Shown: positions 52,153 to 64,000 of the stretch, one piece after another
How positions within the stretch are numbered: the first letter of the stretch is position 1
Layout: the number at the start of each line of letters is the position of its first letter
Origin: Camelus ferus
Taxonomy: Eukaryota
Length of the DNA stretch: 64,000 nt
Direction: 5' to 3'
Assembly: GCF_009834535.1 (NCBI RefSeq)
Contig: NC_045697.1
Coordinates: 14,262,001-14,326,000 of the forward strand
Position numbers and translations under genes: made by a program
Notes under the pieces: generated by a model
What the model was told of the DNA's origin: nothing
Database searches by the model: none
What the model saw: only the letters and a program-made list of their open reading frames with translations

Positions 52153-52328
52153 TCGGTTCTCAAAATTTAGCTTGCCGCAGAATCACCTGGAGGGCTTGCT
52201 AAAACAGCTTGCTGGGCACCACCCCCAGCGTTTCTGATTCATTAGGTCTGGGGTGGGGCCCAAGAATTTACAAATTCCAAGGAGATGCTGACACTGCTGG
52301 TCCAGGGATCCCACTTTGAGAGCCACTG
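52153..52328. mobile_element. MER5A hAT element
   Basis: ggttctcaaa...cagaatcacctggagggcttgctaaaaca...ggtctggggtggggcccaagaattt...cactttgagagccactg. Confidence 0.85.
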
Positions 52329-53329
52329 TCCTGCAAGAATCATCACTGGCTTTGGCCCCATCACCAAGCAGAACAGACCAGTGCAAGAATGAGACGTTTA
52401 GAAGACCGCACTTGTAAACTCACGTGTGGACTTTTTGTCGTTTGCCTCCCTAGTAGGCCCCTAGTTTCCATCTGGTGCTTCATCCAGTTCTGTGAAGCCC
52501 ACTCCATCTGTGCTCCAGTGACAGAGCTGTGACTGGGGCAAAGTCAGGAAGCCAGTTTTGTCCCTTTGGTCAAGGCGGTTGCATCCGTGGTCGGCCCCTA
52601 ACTGCACGCAGGCCACCTGAGTGATTTTTCAGGACTTCTGCTAGGAACCGTGTGACAGGGATTCTCTTCCTTCCTTGCTGACATGAACGATCAAGCCTGG
52701 AACAGTCAGGTGCTGGCATCTTGCAACCAGGAGGGAGCGCACCCTTAGCCACCCTGGCCTGGAGCCAGCCCTATCTCTGGACTTCCTGTTCCTCTGAGCC
52801 AATACAGTTATCATATTGTTTTTGTTAGTTAGCATATGATTATCTATTATTTGTGAACAAAAGTACCCTGATTCACAAGCTGACATCCGATTCACATCTT
52901 CCTCTTAAACACTGTATATCCTGAAACTACATACACTGAAAGATAGCTATGAACCTTGAGCACCCCCCTCTCTTTTAATATACCATCCTGCAAGATGATG
53001 TGAATAAATAGTTATTTCAAAACAGAAACAATCCCTTATCTGTGTGAAAGGAGAATGAAAGATGCCAGGTATCTTGTTCAAGTTTCTGCTCTACATTTTT
53101 CTGAATGGTAATTGAAGTATGTCAGGCGGGAGTTACAAGGCTTAAAATAAAAATAAACAGCTCTAAAGAATATTTTGCATCATTACCTTACTTTTGTCTA
53201 TGAAGGGTTACAACTGTTCCCCAATGTACAAAAATGGTAAGTGGGGACCCATACTGAATTCTGGTTTCTAATGTCTTATGATAAAGGCAAAAGAAGGAAA
53301 AAGGCATAGAGATTTAACTTGATAATAAC

Positions 53330-53780
53330 CCAGCCCTGTTCTGTAGTGAGCTTTATCTATCTACCAAACCTTTACCTGGTGCCTTAGTGCTGGGTACTGT
53401 GCCGGGAACATCTGTTCTCCTGTGTGGGAGGCGGTCATCGAGAGGACATGACCTCAGGCAGGACCCAGGCAATCGGAGGGTCTTACCCCTTCCCCCGACC
53501 TTGGATCATCCATCCTACCCACCATTCCCACCCTAGGAGCTGCATCGAGGACCCAGCCTTGCGAGAGCATGTGTTATCGAGACCATCTGACAGCGTGCAT
53601 GACTGAACCCAGGTCAGGCCTCTGTGCACACTTTTAAGATTTTGGTGGGCGGGTGGAGGTATACTCATCTCAGGGCTGCCCAAGACAAGCCTCCTATGGG
53701 AGTTCCCTGGTTTATTAAACCTGCTGCCTACCTATCTGGAGTGACCCACCTTTTTCTTCTGTCTCTCCTTACCCTCTGGG
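53330..53780 (+). mobile_element. Old ERVL-class LTR (MER54/MER74-like)
   Basis: gctgcccaagacaagcctcctat...ttattaaacctgctg...tctggagtg. Confidence 0.45.
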
Positions 53781-54809
53781 TATTTATATTTGTGATTTTT
53801 ATTTTAAAATTCGTTAATTTTTAATGGCCTTCAGTGAGATCAAACCATTTCCTTTAACTTCATTTAATAGTAGTAATTTTGACAGTTTATTGAGAAGTGT
53901 GTAGGGCCCAGTATTAGGCAATTTCTAGGCATTATTTTATGTCAGTCTCACACAACCATAGGGAACAGGTATTGTCATCTTTATATTAAAGATGGAGGCT
54001 CAGAGAAAATATTTGATTGAGCTAAGGGATACAGCCAGTAAGCATCAGAGCTGGAAACAGCCCAGATCTCTGGCTCAAAGCCTGGGCTCTCATTTTACCT
54101 AGAACTGAAGCACTGGGCTGTGGTTACACGGAACAGCCTGATACAAACACACGCTACACCTCTTTTCTGATCCCACAGGACACAACTGTAAGGTGAAATG
54201 AAGCAGTGACTCTTAGTGATTGCGATTCAATAACTTACTAATAACACTTGTAGAACATTTGGAGGTGCCAGGAATTCATAATTCTTGCTGTGAAATGACT
54301 GCATAAATGAACTAGAAAGTAGCCTTAGCTTTTAAGAAGAGAAAGTGAGTCAGTATGTGAATATACGTGCGACTATGAACATGACAATAAAAGATCAGCT
54401 GAAGGAGAACCCCAACAGTTAGCTAACCTGGAACACTGAAACAGAGACAAAGGAGCGAGAGACAGAGACAGAGAGATACTGATGTCAGTTCTCTGAGACT
54501 GACCAGATGTGAACCAGGATCACTAAAATTATCGAGCATATTAAATGTGCCAGATAATCTTCTGAACTCTTTAGATCCATCATTTAATCTTATAGCAGGC
54601 TTGTGAGGTATCTTATCATTATTATTTCCATTTTACGCTGAGGAAACTCAAGCGCAGAGAGATTGGGAACTTGCCCCCAGCTGTCCCAGCGAGGAGTGGC
54701 AGAGTCTGGACTGAACAGTCTGACTCACAAGCATGTGTTCTTTCAGACGAGGAGAGATTGCCAGTGCTCCTGTGGAGACTGCAGTGTTACAAGAGGAGAC
54801 TGACTAGTT

Positions 54810-55774
54810 CTAGGACCAGGGGCAAGAAGGGTATAAGAAAAGACTGGAACGTCTTGTAGTGCCCAAAAGTAAGGAAGTGATCAAAGAAACAAAGAAATAA
54901 ACAAAAAACAACGCCAATGATGTAGTTGTGTTGACGCCAACCGGAAGAGCTTCCAATGGCCAAGCTGGAACAATTTGAGCAACAAGGTAAGATGTTGAAC
55001 TGTAACTCAAAATATAAAATAGATGTCAGTTAGTCCACACTGATATAAATAACTGATGGAATACGTCCATAAATGGAGGAGAAGAGACAGATCCAATCAA
55101 CTATGTGGATCGTCCACCCTCAGTGCAGGTAGAGCATAACTCCCAATCTGTACACGTGGTCTGTGCATAACTTCCTTCCAAAGAGTATGGTTTGGAAAGA
55201 AGGAAAAGAAAGAGAAACTTGACAGTAAAGAAATGCCCAGGACTACTTCAGCCAGGTGATCAAGGTCTACGTCAGCCGTCATAAATCATCTTGGTATGTG
55301 ATAAACTCTGGTACCTTACCCCAGTGGTCTTCCTCCTCAAAACACATATCCCCAGTCTAATCATGAGAAAAAAACATCAGACAATTCCCAACTGTGCAAC
55401 TTTCTACAAAACACCTGACCAAAACTCCTTAAAACTGCAAAGGTCATCAAACACAAGGACAATTTGAGAAACTGTCATAGCCAAGAGGAGCCTAAGGAGA
55501 TATGAATAAATGTAATGTAGTGTCCTACACAGAGTCCTAGGACAGAGAAAAGGAATCAGGTAAAAGCTAAGAAAATCTGAATAAAGCATGGGCTTCAGTT
55601 AATCACAGTGTATCAACATTAGTTCGTTAATTGTAACGCGTTTACCATGTGAATGCATGGTGCTCATAGTAGAAACTGGGTGTGACGTATATGGGAACTT
55701 TCAGTAGTCTCTTTGCAATTTTTCTGTAAATGTAAAACTGGTCTAAAATAAAAGGTTTATTAAAAAAAAAAAAA
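54810..55774 (+). mobile_element. Ancient L1 (L1MC/MD-like) 3' end
   Basis: agccaggtgatcaaggtc...cccagtctaatcatgagaaaa...ttgcaatttttctgtaaat...aaaataaaag plus poly(A). Confidence 0.8.
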
Positions 55775-56149
55775 GAGGGACCTGACCTTTAGACTGTTGG
55801 AGCAGTTGATTGGATGCTTTTTCTCTTGTCTGTTTCTCTTGTCTGTTTTGTAATAACCTTCTGCAACTTTCATTAAATATTTCAGTGTATGCTATGGAAG
55901 ACTGAAAGTCTGTTTCCCCTGGGGCCACAGGACTGTAGGCAAGGGCATCTGTGGCTGGAGGAGCTGGATACCCAATAGCAAGACTACAGGGAGGGAGCAG
56001 GCCAGAATGACAGGGTGCCGAGCGAAACCCGGGACACCACGCATCGTGGCCCTGTACCTTGGGAATCAACAGAAATGCATGGGTGAGGCACAGGTTCAAG
56101 AACCTTTATGGGGAGAATTGCTGGATTCTAAAAAGTTAGTAATGAAAAT

Positions 56150-56283
56150 GGGAGAATGAATGTCAGCTCCATGAGGACCAAAATGTGTGTCTTTTGTTCA
56201 CTGTTGTACCCCCCTGCAACTTGAAGAGTGTTTGGCAGGGAGTAGTGCTCAAAAAATATTTGTTCAATGAACGAATGGAATGA
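56150..56283 (+). mobile_element. LINE-2 3' end
   Basis: gtcagctccatgagg...tgttcactgttgtacccc...gtgctcaaaaaatatttgttcaatgaacgaatg. Confidence 0.75.
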
Positions 56284-56377
56284 AAAGACATCTAAGCTAC
56301 TTTCCCCTTTATTTCCAAAAAGAGAAAAGCTCCCTAGAACGGGCACTAGACAAGAAGAACAGAATTACGTGTACTGG

Positions 56378-56378
<1 letters not shown>

Positions 56379-56423
<45 letters not shown>
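56379..56423. repeat. (TG)~22 microsatellite
   Basis: Direct reading. Confidence 0.95.
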
Positions 56424-56424
<1 letters not shown>

Positions 56425-57141
56425 GAGGGATATAAAAATAAAACTTAATGATTTAATAAATCTGACAAGATGGGAATTCTATACTATTGGTGACATTGCC
56501 TAAACAGCTCCCTTGCTGTCTAACAGCTCAAAAGAAAATCTCTCTCTAACGTGCTAAAATGACAGCCTAGAAAGAAAGTTTTCCCATAACTGTAACTGAT
56601 ATTTAGGGAGAAAAAACATTTTTTTCTCATTACTGTGAATGACAAAGAGATTATTTGGGGGTTTCATAATGCCTCCAGGGGATGCCACTCACATTTCATT
56701 CTGTAATGACTGAGTTGTCAGGGAATGGAGTTTTCTTGAAACTCTGGACTGCGGTAGCCCGGGTGTCAAGTCATCAGTTAGCTGTAGTAAGCGGGGACAG
56801 CTATTCCAGAGTTGTTCCCAAGGAAAAACACATTCTAACTCAGCCTCAATAATTCAAACAAACTTGCCACTTGGGACACACTCAGAGGTAAGCATTGCCC
56901 TGATGGTGGTAATATTCTAGAAAAGGTAACCGTTGGAATGGTGGTAAAGGCTCAGGGTTGCTCTTGCTGCCAACAACTGTGTGTTTAATCAGTGGGTAAG
57001 ATGAATTACTGAGTGGTAATTGTAACCATTGGTGATAATACTGTCATCAAATCATAGAAAGCCATCTTAAGACACCTTCCAACAGACACTATGCCTCAGT
57101 GTCTCCCTCTGCAGGAGGTAGTCTGCTGTGAGGCTTAAGAA

Positions 57142-57362
57142 TAGGAGCTGGAAAACTATGGTCCAGGGTGAAATGTGGCCCACCGCCTGCTTTTGTTAAT
57201 AAAGATGCATTGGAACACAGCCATGCTCATTTACTTAGGATTTGTCTGTGGTAGCTTCTGTCTACAACGGCAGAACTGAGTTGGTAGAACAAAGACTGTA
57301 TGGCATGCAAAGCCAAAAATATTTATGGTTTGGTCCTTTACAGAAAAGTCTGATGCCCTCTG
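57142..57362. mobile_element. MER58A hAT-Charlie element
   Basis: ggcccaccgcctgcttttgttaataaag...ttggaacacagccatgctcattt...gtcctttacagaaaa. Confidence 0.85.
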
Positions 57363-57559
57363 GTTAAAACTGTAAGTTTTAAGTTTCTTCCATGTCTTTC
57401 ATGGCTTGATAGTTCATTTTTTTTTCACTGCACATATATTTTTAAATTTACATATATGTACTGTTCATTGTTTCTAAGAACGTTTTGAGCTTTAGCTTTT
57501 TAAATTTTCACAATGATCTAAAGAATAAAGCCAACCACAAAATAAAAATTAATTCAAAG

Positions 57560-58088
57560 ATACATACACCTTGCTATTAACAGCACCATTATTTATAATT
57601 GCCAAAAAAGACATATTACTAAATGAAAGAAGCCAGTTTGAAAAGGCTACAAACCATATGATTCCAACCAAATGACATTCTGGAAAAGACACAGCTACAG
57701 AAACAATAAAAAGATCGTGGTTTCCAGGGGTTTGGGGAGAGGGAGGGAGGAATGAATAGATGGAGCACAAGGGATGTTTAGGGCAACGAAATTATTCTGA
57801 ATGATACTACAGTGGCGGCTACATGGAATTATGCATTTGTCGAAACCCATAGAATGTACAACATCAAGAGTGAACCCTAGCATAAACTATGGACTTTGGT
57901 TGATAATAATGTGCCCATGTTGGTTCATTGATTGTACCAAATATGCCACACTGAGGAGGGATGTTGACAGTAGGGGAGTGTATATGTGTGGGTGGGGAAG
58001 GCTGTGTGTGAACTCTGTATTTTCTGCTTAATTCTGCTGTAAACCTGAAAGTGCTCTAAAAAGTTGTCTATTAAAAAAAACAAAAAAT
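57560..58088 (+). mobile_element. Ancient L1 (L1MC-like) 3' end
   Basis: aaacccatagaatgtacaacatcaagagtgaaccc...aaactatggactttgg...ctgtaaacctgaaagtgctctaaaa plus A tail. Confidence 0.8.
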
Positions 58089-59029
58089 GTAAGTTTAGAG
58101 ACTTAGGTGGAGCTGGGTCTGCCATTTACTAACTGGATGACTGGCCAAGTCACGTAGCCACTCTAGGTTTGGGATTCCTCATCTCTGACACGTGGCAAGT
58201 GATACAGGTCCTTTATTTCTTATCTGCAACGCACCACCCCCATCCAGAAACACTTTTGTAAACTGAAGGAGAAAACCCTTTACTGGAAAGCCAGGGGAGG
58301 TGGCGAATTGTGGAGCCAAAACTCACTAGATGCCAAAACCTGAACTGAACTGGCATGAAACTGTTGGAATCTCTATCACCTCTGTGATAGATAATCCTAT
58401 CTATAGAGTAAGATAGCTGGAGCCTACCATCACTATCATTGATCACCTATTATACGCTATCTATCAATCATATTAGTCAGAAGACATTAAAAGCTATATT
58501 AATACTTCCAAATCACAGTAGCTTGACACAGTGTCAGTGCATTTATCACTCACACGTGGTGAAATACGAGTAGGGGTGGGGCCCTGTTCCATGCAGTCGT
58601 TCAGAGACCCGGCTCCTCCCACTACGCTGTGAGGCAGACTGAAATATGTAACTCACAGCCTCCAGTGGCGGGAAGAAAATGGAAGGAGGTGTGGTCACTT
58701 CTGCTCATCACCCTTGGTAAAAACTCAGTCCTGGCCCCACTGAGCTGCCGGAGAGGCTGGGAACACGACCTCGTCATGTGATCACAAAGCAGAGTGCAGG
58801 GACACAGGTCAGCAGCTCTCTCTGCCACGTTCACTGTTTATCATGGCTTTGCTGCACACGTTACACACTTGATGACAGCGTACTGCAGACCCGGCTGGAG
58901 ACATTAAGTATGCACAGCCTATGCACAGCATTGTGTTTCTAAAATCTGCAAGACTCTCAATGACAAACTCAGTTTGCTCAGAGGATTTCAAATGAAGGAC
59001 TGGGGACCTACATGTGCCTTATAGGCAGA

Positions 59030-59270
59030 ATGACACAGTTGCTAAGAGATGAATCCTGCACCAGGCTGTGTGGGGTTTGAAGCCTGGCTCTCCTACTTTC
59101 TAGCTGTGTGACTTTTGGTAGGTTGCTTAACTTCTCTGTGAATCTCTTTCCTCATCTGCTAAAAAGATGACAATCATACTTGTGGAAATTTAAATAAGTT
59201 ACTATCTGTAATTCACTCAGCACGATGTTGGATTCATAATGAGTGCCGAACAAGGGTCAGCTGGTATTAG
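59030..59270 (+). mobile_element. MIR SINE
   Basis: ctagctgtgtgacttttggtaggttgcttaacttctctgtg...ttcctcatctg. Confidence 0.75.
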
Positions 59271-61354
59271 TGTGCACAGTTATTACAATTGTCAATGTTA
59301 TTTTCACACCCTGAGTACAGTGACTTATTGTGTAACTACATAATAAGCGCTTGTTTAATAATCATATGCAGAACTGTCTTTCACAGCCTTGCAGACAAAG
59401 CAAACATCTGGCCTGTGCTTGAATGTGTTCAATGTTATGAGATCACTGTGTAATAAGATCATGTCATTATTAATTGGACTCATTAGAAAAATCTCCCTTG
59501 CAGTAACTACTATGGTTAACATCGAACAAGTATTAAGCACACATTTGGTGCCAGGTGCTCAGCCAAGCCCTTAACTGACACGTTTTTCCATCCTTCCGTT
59601 ACCCCGGGAAGGAGCTTTGCAGGCTGATGTTTTACAGAGACAAACACCAAGCCCAGAGGGTTGAAACGCTCAGCCCAGGATCTCACAGCCACTTGGTGGC
59701 AAAGAGGATTCAGATCTAGACACATCTGTGTCCAGGGCCCCTCCTGTCTTATCCATTCTATCTTTTGGGCTTCAGCAAATTAAGTGGGAAATTTCTATTT
59801 CCCTTTATCTTAGAATCAGGAGGGTCTCTCCCAGGGTGCTATCGCCACTCAAAATATGTTCGTTATCCAATTTCTATTTTCTAGAGACTTTTCAGGTAAC
59901 TAATCAATTTAGAACAATAACTACGACAGCCTAGTTTTAAATTTTGATTTAACATTTATTAATTTAGCCATTAGTTTGTCTTTTAAAGAAAAAGACATGT
60001 TACTAACACATGCTTATAGTACGTAGCCATTACAATTCATTTCCCAAATTATAATCAGCATTCATCACAATTACTGGAATTTAACATAAATATTATAATA
60101 GCAACATTATGCATGGCCCCATATCATTGACATCAGACTAAATTTACATGTGAAATTGAATACAATGTGCTATAGGTAACTGATGGTACATTTCTGATAT
60201 GTGAGTAATTTCAAGTAATGAAATCACTAGTAAATCCTTGTCTTACTCATTCTCAGCAAACTAGCTGTGAAAGATTTCATCAGATGAACTGGAACTTCTG
60301 ACTTCTATGTTACAGCTAAACTAAGGCTGTGCTGGAATTAGTCTTGCTGGTAAAGTGTGGCAAACGCTAATACGATGCTGCCTGGGGGTGATCATTGGCA
60401 GCCAAAGCGGAAGAAACGTTACAGGAGGCTGGTACCCCTGACAACCTCACGTCTTCCCCGACTCACTGCTGCTCCCACATCGGGGAAAACCTTGCCTTCA
60501 CTACTGCCAGCATCTTGGTCCTCACCTTCTGTCAGCCCCTGCCAGCTGCTACTCTTCTCGGTGGTATTTCTTGGTTAAGTTATGAGATGACACGTTGAGT
60601 TTGCTGGCCCAGAATCTGCATTTTTGGTAGCCTTCATTTTAGTGAGCACCTAGTACGTGTGAGGAGGCACTTCGCTGCCCTGGGCACTCTACCCCAGGCA
60701 CACTGACTGAGTGACCTCTCAGAAGGCTGCAGGTCCCTTTTGTCATCCTGACTCGGGGAAGCATTGAAATGTAAATCAACCAATTTAATTTTAATATCCC
60801 TTGAACTTGTCTCCTCCATCTCCCCTCCAGGGCCTTACCTGTGGCTCAGGCCGACATCGGCTCCCATCTGGGCTCTTGGAATAAAGAGCTGCCTGTCGGA
60901 CTTCTTGTTCTAGAAACAGCCCTGATACCTTACCTTCCTGCTGAAAATTCAAGGACTCCTCACCTCCTGCAAGATAACCCAGCCTCCTCAGCCTCCTGCC
61001 CCAGGTGTGTCAGGATCTACCCTTGGCCTCCTGACCCAGCCTGCCTGCCACCCTCCCCTTCTGTGTTTCATCTTCTACGTGATTTACAAATGCTTTCTGT
61101 TCATTCCCAGGCCCCTGCCTCACTCCCCACTGCTTCGCATCCTGAGCCGTATTCTCTTGACCAGCTCCTGCTTGTCCTTCAGACCTAGTTCATCAAGACC
61201 ACAGGCAGGCTGCCAGCCCCGCCAGTACCTTCTTTGTTGATCCCATTCCATCATCTGCTTTCCTTTATCATGGCCCTCCCTGAAATTCCTGCTCATGTGT
61301 AAGCCGCACCCTCTCCTAATCCCCAAACGCATTTCCCCTAAATTACTTGGTTTC

Positions 61355-62464
61355 TGTTATACATAGCAACGATTCTGCATCCAATTTCAGTGTGTGTGGA
61401 GGGGGTGAATTTCCTCACACCACCAAGTAATCTCCGACACTAGATGTATGTCTTACAATTTAACTTAATTCTGATACTTTCTACCTGGAGATAGAGCTGG
61501 ATCCTACAGGTTAAGGGCTCAGCCCTACATGACTGCACCCCCACCCAGCCCCCAACTTCAGATGATAATTGCAATTTTAGGTTGTCACCTGTGCTTCTGA
61601 CCAATGGGCTACAGATAAGAGGTTCCTGACAAACCTGCTTCTACCGGGAGGAGCAGACAGCCATCCATCCCAACTGATCCAAGCATACAGCACTCCCACC
61701 CTGTACGTTCTGCACTTTGTAGTTGGATTCTGAGCTTAGGATAATTGTGGGACCCCCCTCTCTACTCCTTCCGAGTCCTTGGGGAACCCCGTGAAAGGAC
61801 TGCAAAAGAGGAACTGGCGTGTTTAGGGGTCTGGAGGACTCCCTTCCCCCAGGCTTCCACCACCTCCCTGCCTGTGTGTGTTATTTCAAAGGAAAAGATA
61901 ATTCACCCTTCTTGGGTTCTATTTGCTAGAGCAGCTCACAGAACTCAGAGAAACATTTACTTACTAGATCGCTGGTTTTTTATAAAAGGATATACTTCAG
62001 GAGCTTCTGGGTGGAAGAGATGCATTTGGCAAGGCTTGAGGAAAGGGCTTGAACTTCCACACCCTCTCCGAACACACTGCTCTCCGCAGATCTCCAGGTG
62101 TTCACCAACTGGGAACGCCTGTACTTTTGGGCTTTTAAGGAAGCTTCATCCCACAGGCATGATTAATTAAATAATCGGTCATTGGTGATTGAACTCAATC
62201 TCCAGCTGCTCTCCCTTCCCAGGTGATCAGGGAGGTGGGACTGAAAGTACCAACCCTCTAATCAAGGGGTGGGTTCTCCTAGCAACCAGCCCCCAGCTCA
62301 AGTGGAGGTTCAAAAGTCACCTCATTAACATAAAAGACACCGTGGTGCTCTCTTCTTAAAACCCAGGGTTTTAGGAGCTCTTTGTCAGAAACTGGGGACT
62401 AAAACCAAATAGATACCCACTTTTAAAAACATATATTTCTTATTATAAATCACAAAATAACACA
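61355..62464 (-). mobile_element. MER21-group LTR
   Basis: tctacctggagatag...acaggttaagggctcagcc...ttgctagagcagctcacagaactcagagaaaca...gggactgaaagtaccaaccctctaatca. Confidence 0.7.
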
Positions 62465-63189
62465 TATATTAATGAGACAAACCAGAATTAATTACAGAGT
62501 AAAATAATGGACAATTCTATTCCATAGAAACCAAGCACTGCCATTCAGAATATAAGCAAATGGATGAGTTATATATTCTACCCATATAATATAAATAAAG
62601 TACATATAATGCATATAAAATAATATATAACATGCAAATAAATATAATGTATATAAAATACTTTAAAAATGTTATTTTATTATAAATAATATATTGAGCT
62701 ACAGGAATATTCAGGACACTTTTTTCCCATTGATGCTCATATTTAGTAGTTTACGAATAAAATTAAATGCAAATCACTTAAAGGACATAATTTGAAAAGG
62801 GATTTCCTTATAAAATTGTCAGAGTGGTGAATATAGCATTTTATTATATTTAATTTCTTGTCTCTCTCACTTCCTGGGCCTTCAAGGGCAGGGTTTTTAC
62901 TTTCTTAGCTTGGTATTTCCAGGGCCTACCACACTAACAGGCCCACAGTAGCTGCCAGTAAATATTAATTAAGTTGTTTGCCTTCTGGGATTGCTGTTCT
63001 GAAGTTGGGAAACTGTAATTTCCTTGTATAAACAGATTTGAAGAACTAGAAAGCAAACTAAATGTGTGTTGTAATTTGCACATCTTTTGAAAGATAAAAG
63101 CAGCTTCTTGACAATACAATGAGGGAAAGGAACCATACTCAGGCTTTTCATTTTCCCTCCTCAAAAATTATCAAGCAGTCCTGAAAGAG

Positions 63190-63564
63190 AAGTCTATAAT
63201 AATAAATGTCTGCACTTAAAATGAAGAAATATCTCAAATAAACAGTGTAGCTTCACACCTCAAAGAGACAGAAAAATTACAAACAAAACTTAGAAGAAGA
63301 AAGGGAATAATAAAGACTAGCACAGAAATAAAACAGAGAATAGGAAAACAACAGGAAAAGATCAATGAAGCTAGAAGTTAGTGTTTTGAAAAGATAAAAC
63401 AAAGCTAACAAATCCTTAGCTAGACTAAGAGAAAAAGAGAGAAGACTCAAATAATGAAATAAATCAGAACTGAAAGGGATCTTGTAACTGATGACACAAA
63501 AATATAAGAGACTATTAGGAAAAATTCTGTACCAACAGATAGATATAGATAAATTTTTAGATAA

Positions 63565-63616
<52 letters not shown>

Positions 63617-64000
63617 GATGTATATAGAGATATACAGATAGATACAGACAGACAGAATTTTTAGGATAACCTAAAAAAATTAGATAAATTCCTAGATACA
63701 CACAACTTACCAAGACTGAATCATGAAGAAATATGAAGTCTGAACAGACCAATAACAAGGAGATTGAATCAGTCATCAAAAAACTCCTAACAAAGAAAAT
63801 CCCAGCACCCGATGGCTTCACCGGTGAATTCTGCCAAATGTTTAAGGAACTAACACTAACACTATCCTTTTCAAACTCTTCCAAAAAATTGAAGAGGCAG
63901 GAATACTTCCAGATGAGGCCAGCATTACCCTGGTGCCAAAGCCAGCCAAAGATATCACAAGAAAAGAAAACTATAGGCCGATATTCCTGATAAACACAGA
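63190..64000 (+). mobile_element. LINE-1 ORF2 fragment (between endonuclease and RT), runs off the window end
   Basis: ORF 63733..63990 [31 protein letters not shown] resembles L1 ORF2 (KSPGPDGFTGEFYQTFKE); frameshifted. Confidence 0.92.
63565..63616. repeat. (CTAT)13 tetranucleotide microsatellite inside L1
   Basis: Direct reading. Confidence 0.95.

Noticed and set aside
61745..62170. 141-aa ORF
   Set aside because: Lies within a MER21-group LTR, starts at a non-ATG codon, no domain recognised
50358..64000. Next upstream KCNIP4 exon (EF-hand 2 region)
   Set aside because: Not found by eye; it probably lies beyond the window, so this stretch is treated as intron

Overview
Mammalian genomic DNA, probably a camelid: it carries a vic-1-like tRNA-derived SINE, and I saw no Alu, B1/B2 or Bov-A/Bov-B. 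The window contains the complete PACRGL gene on the + strand: a CpG-island promoter at ~24.2-24.6 kb and 8 coding exons from 28162 to 43023, joining to 747 nt / 248 aa with GT-AG at every junction. It also holds the last four coding exons and 3' UTR of KCNIP4 (KChIP4) on the - strand, converging tail-to-tail with PACRGL near 44.4 kb. The first ~24 kb is intergenic (SLIT2 side by human synteny, from memory) and rich in old L1, L2, MIR, MaLR/ERVL LTRs, a decayed ERVL pol remnant and hAT MITEs. I found no convincing new protein-coding system; nearly all short ORFs in the track are chance or repeat-derived. The most interesting unexplained signals are a compact bidirectional poly(A) element between the two genes, an ancient ~165-bp inverted repeat upstream of PACRGL, a stop-free in-frame 120-nt intron, an RFX X-box/CCAAT/CRE promoter module, two same-orientation CTCF motifs, and an inverted L1 piece beside a perfect 20-bp palindrome. 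Repeat family names and boundaries are by eye and approximate.
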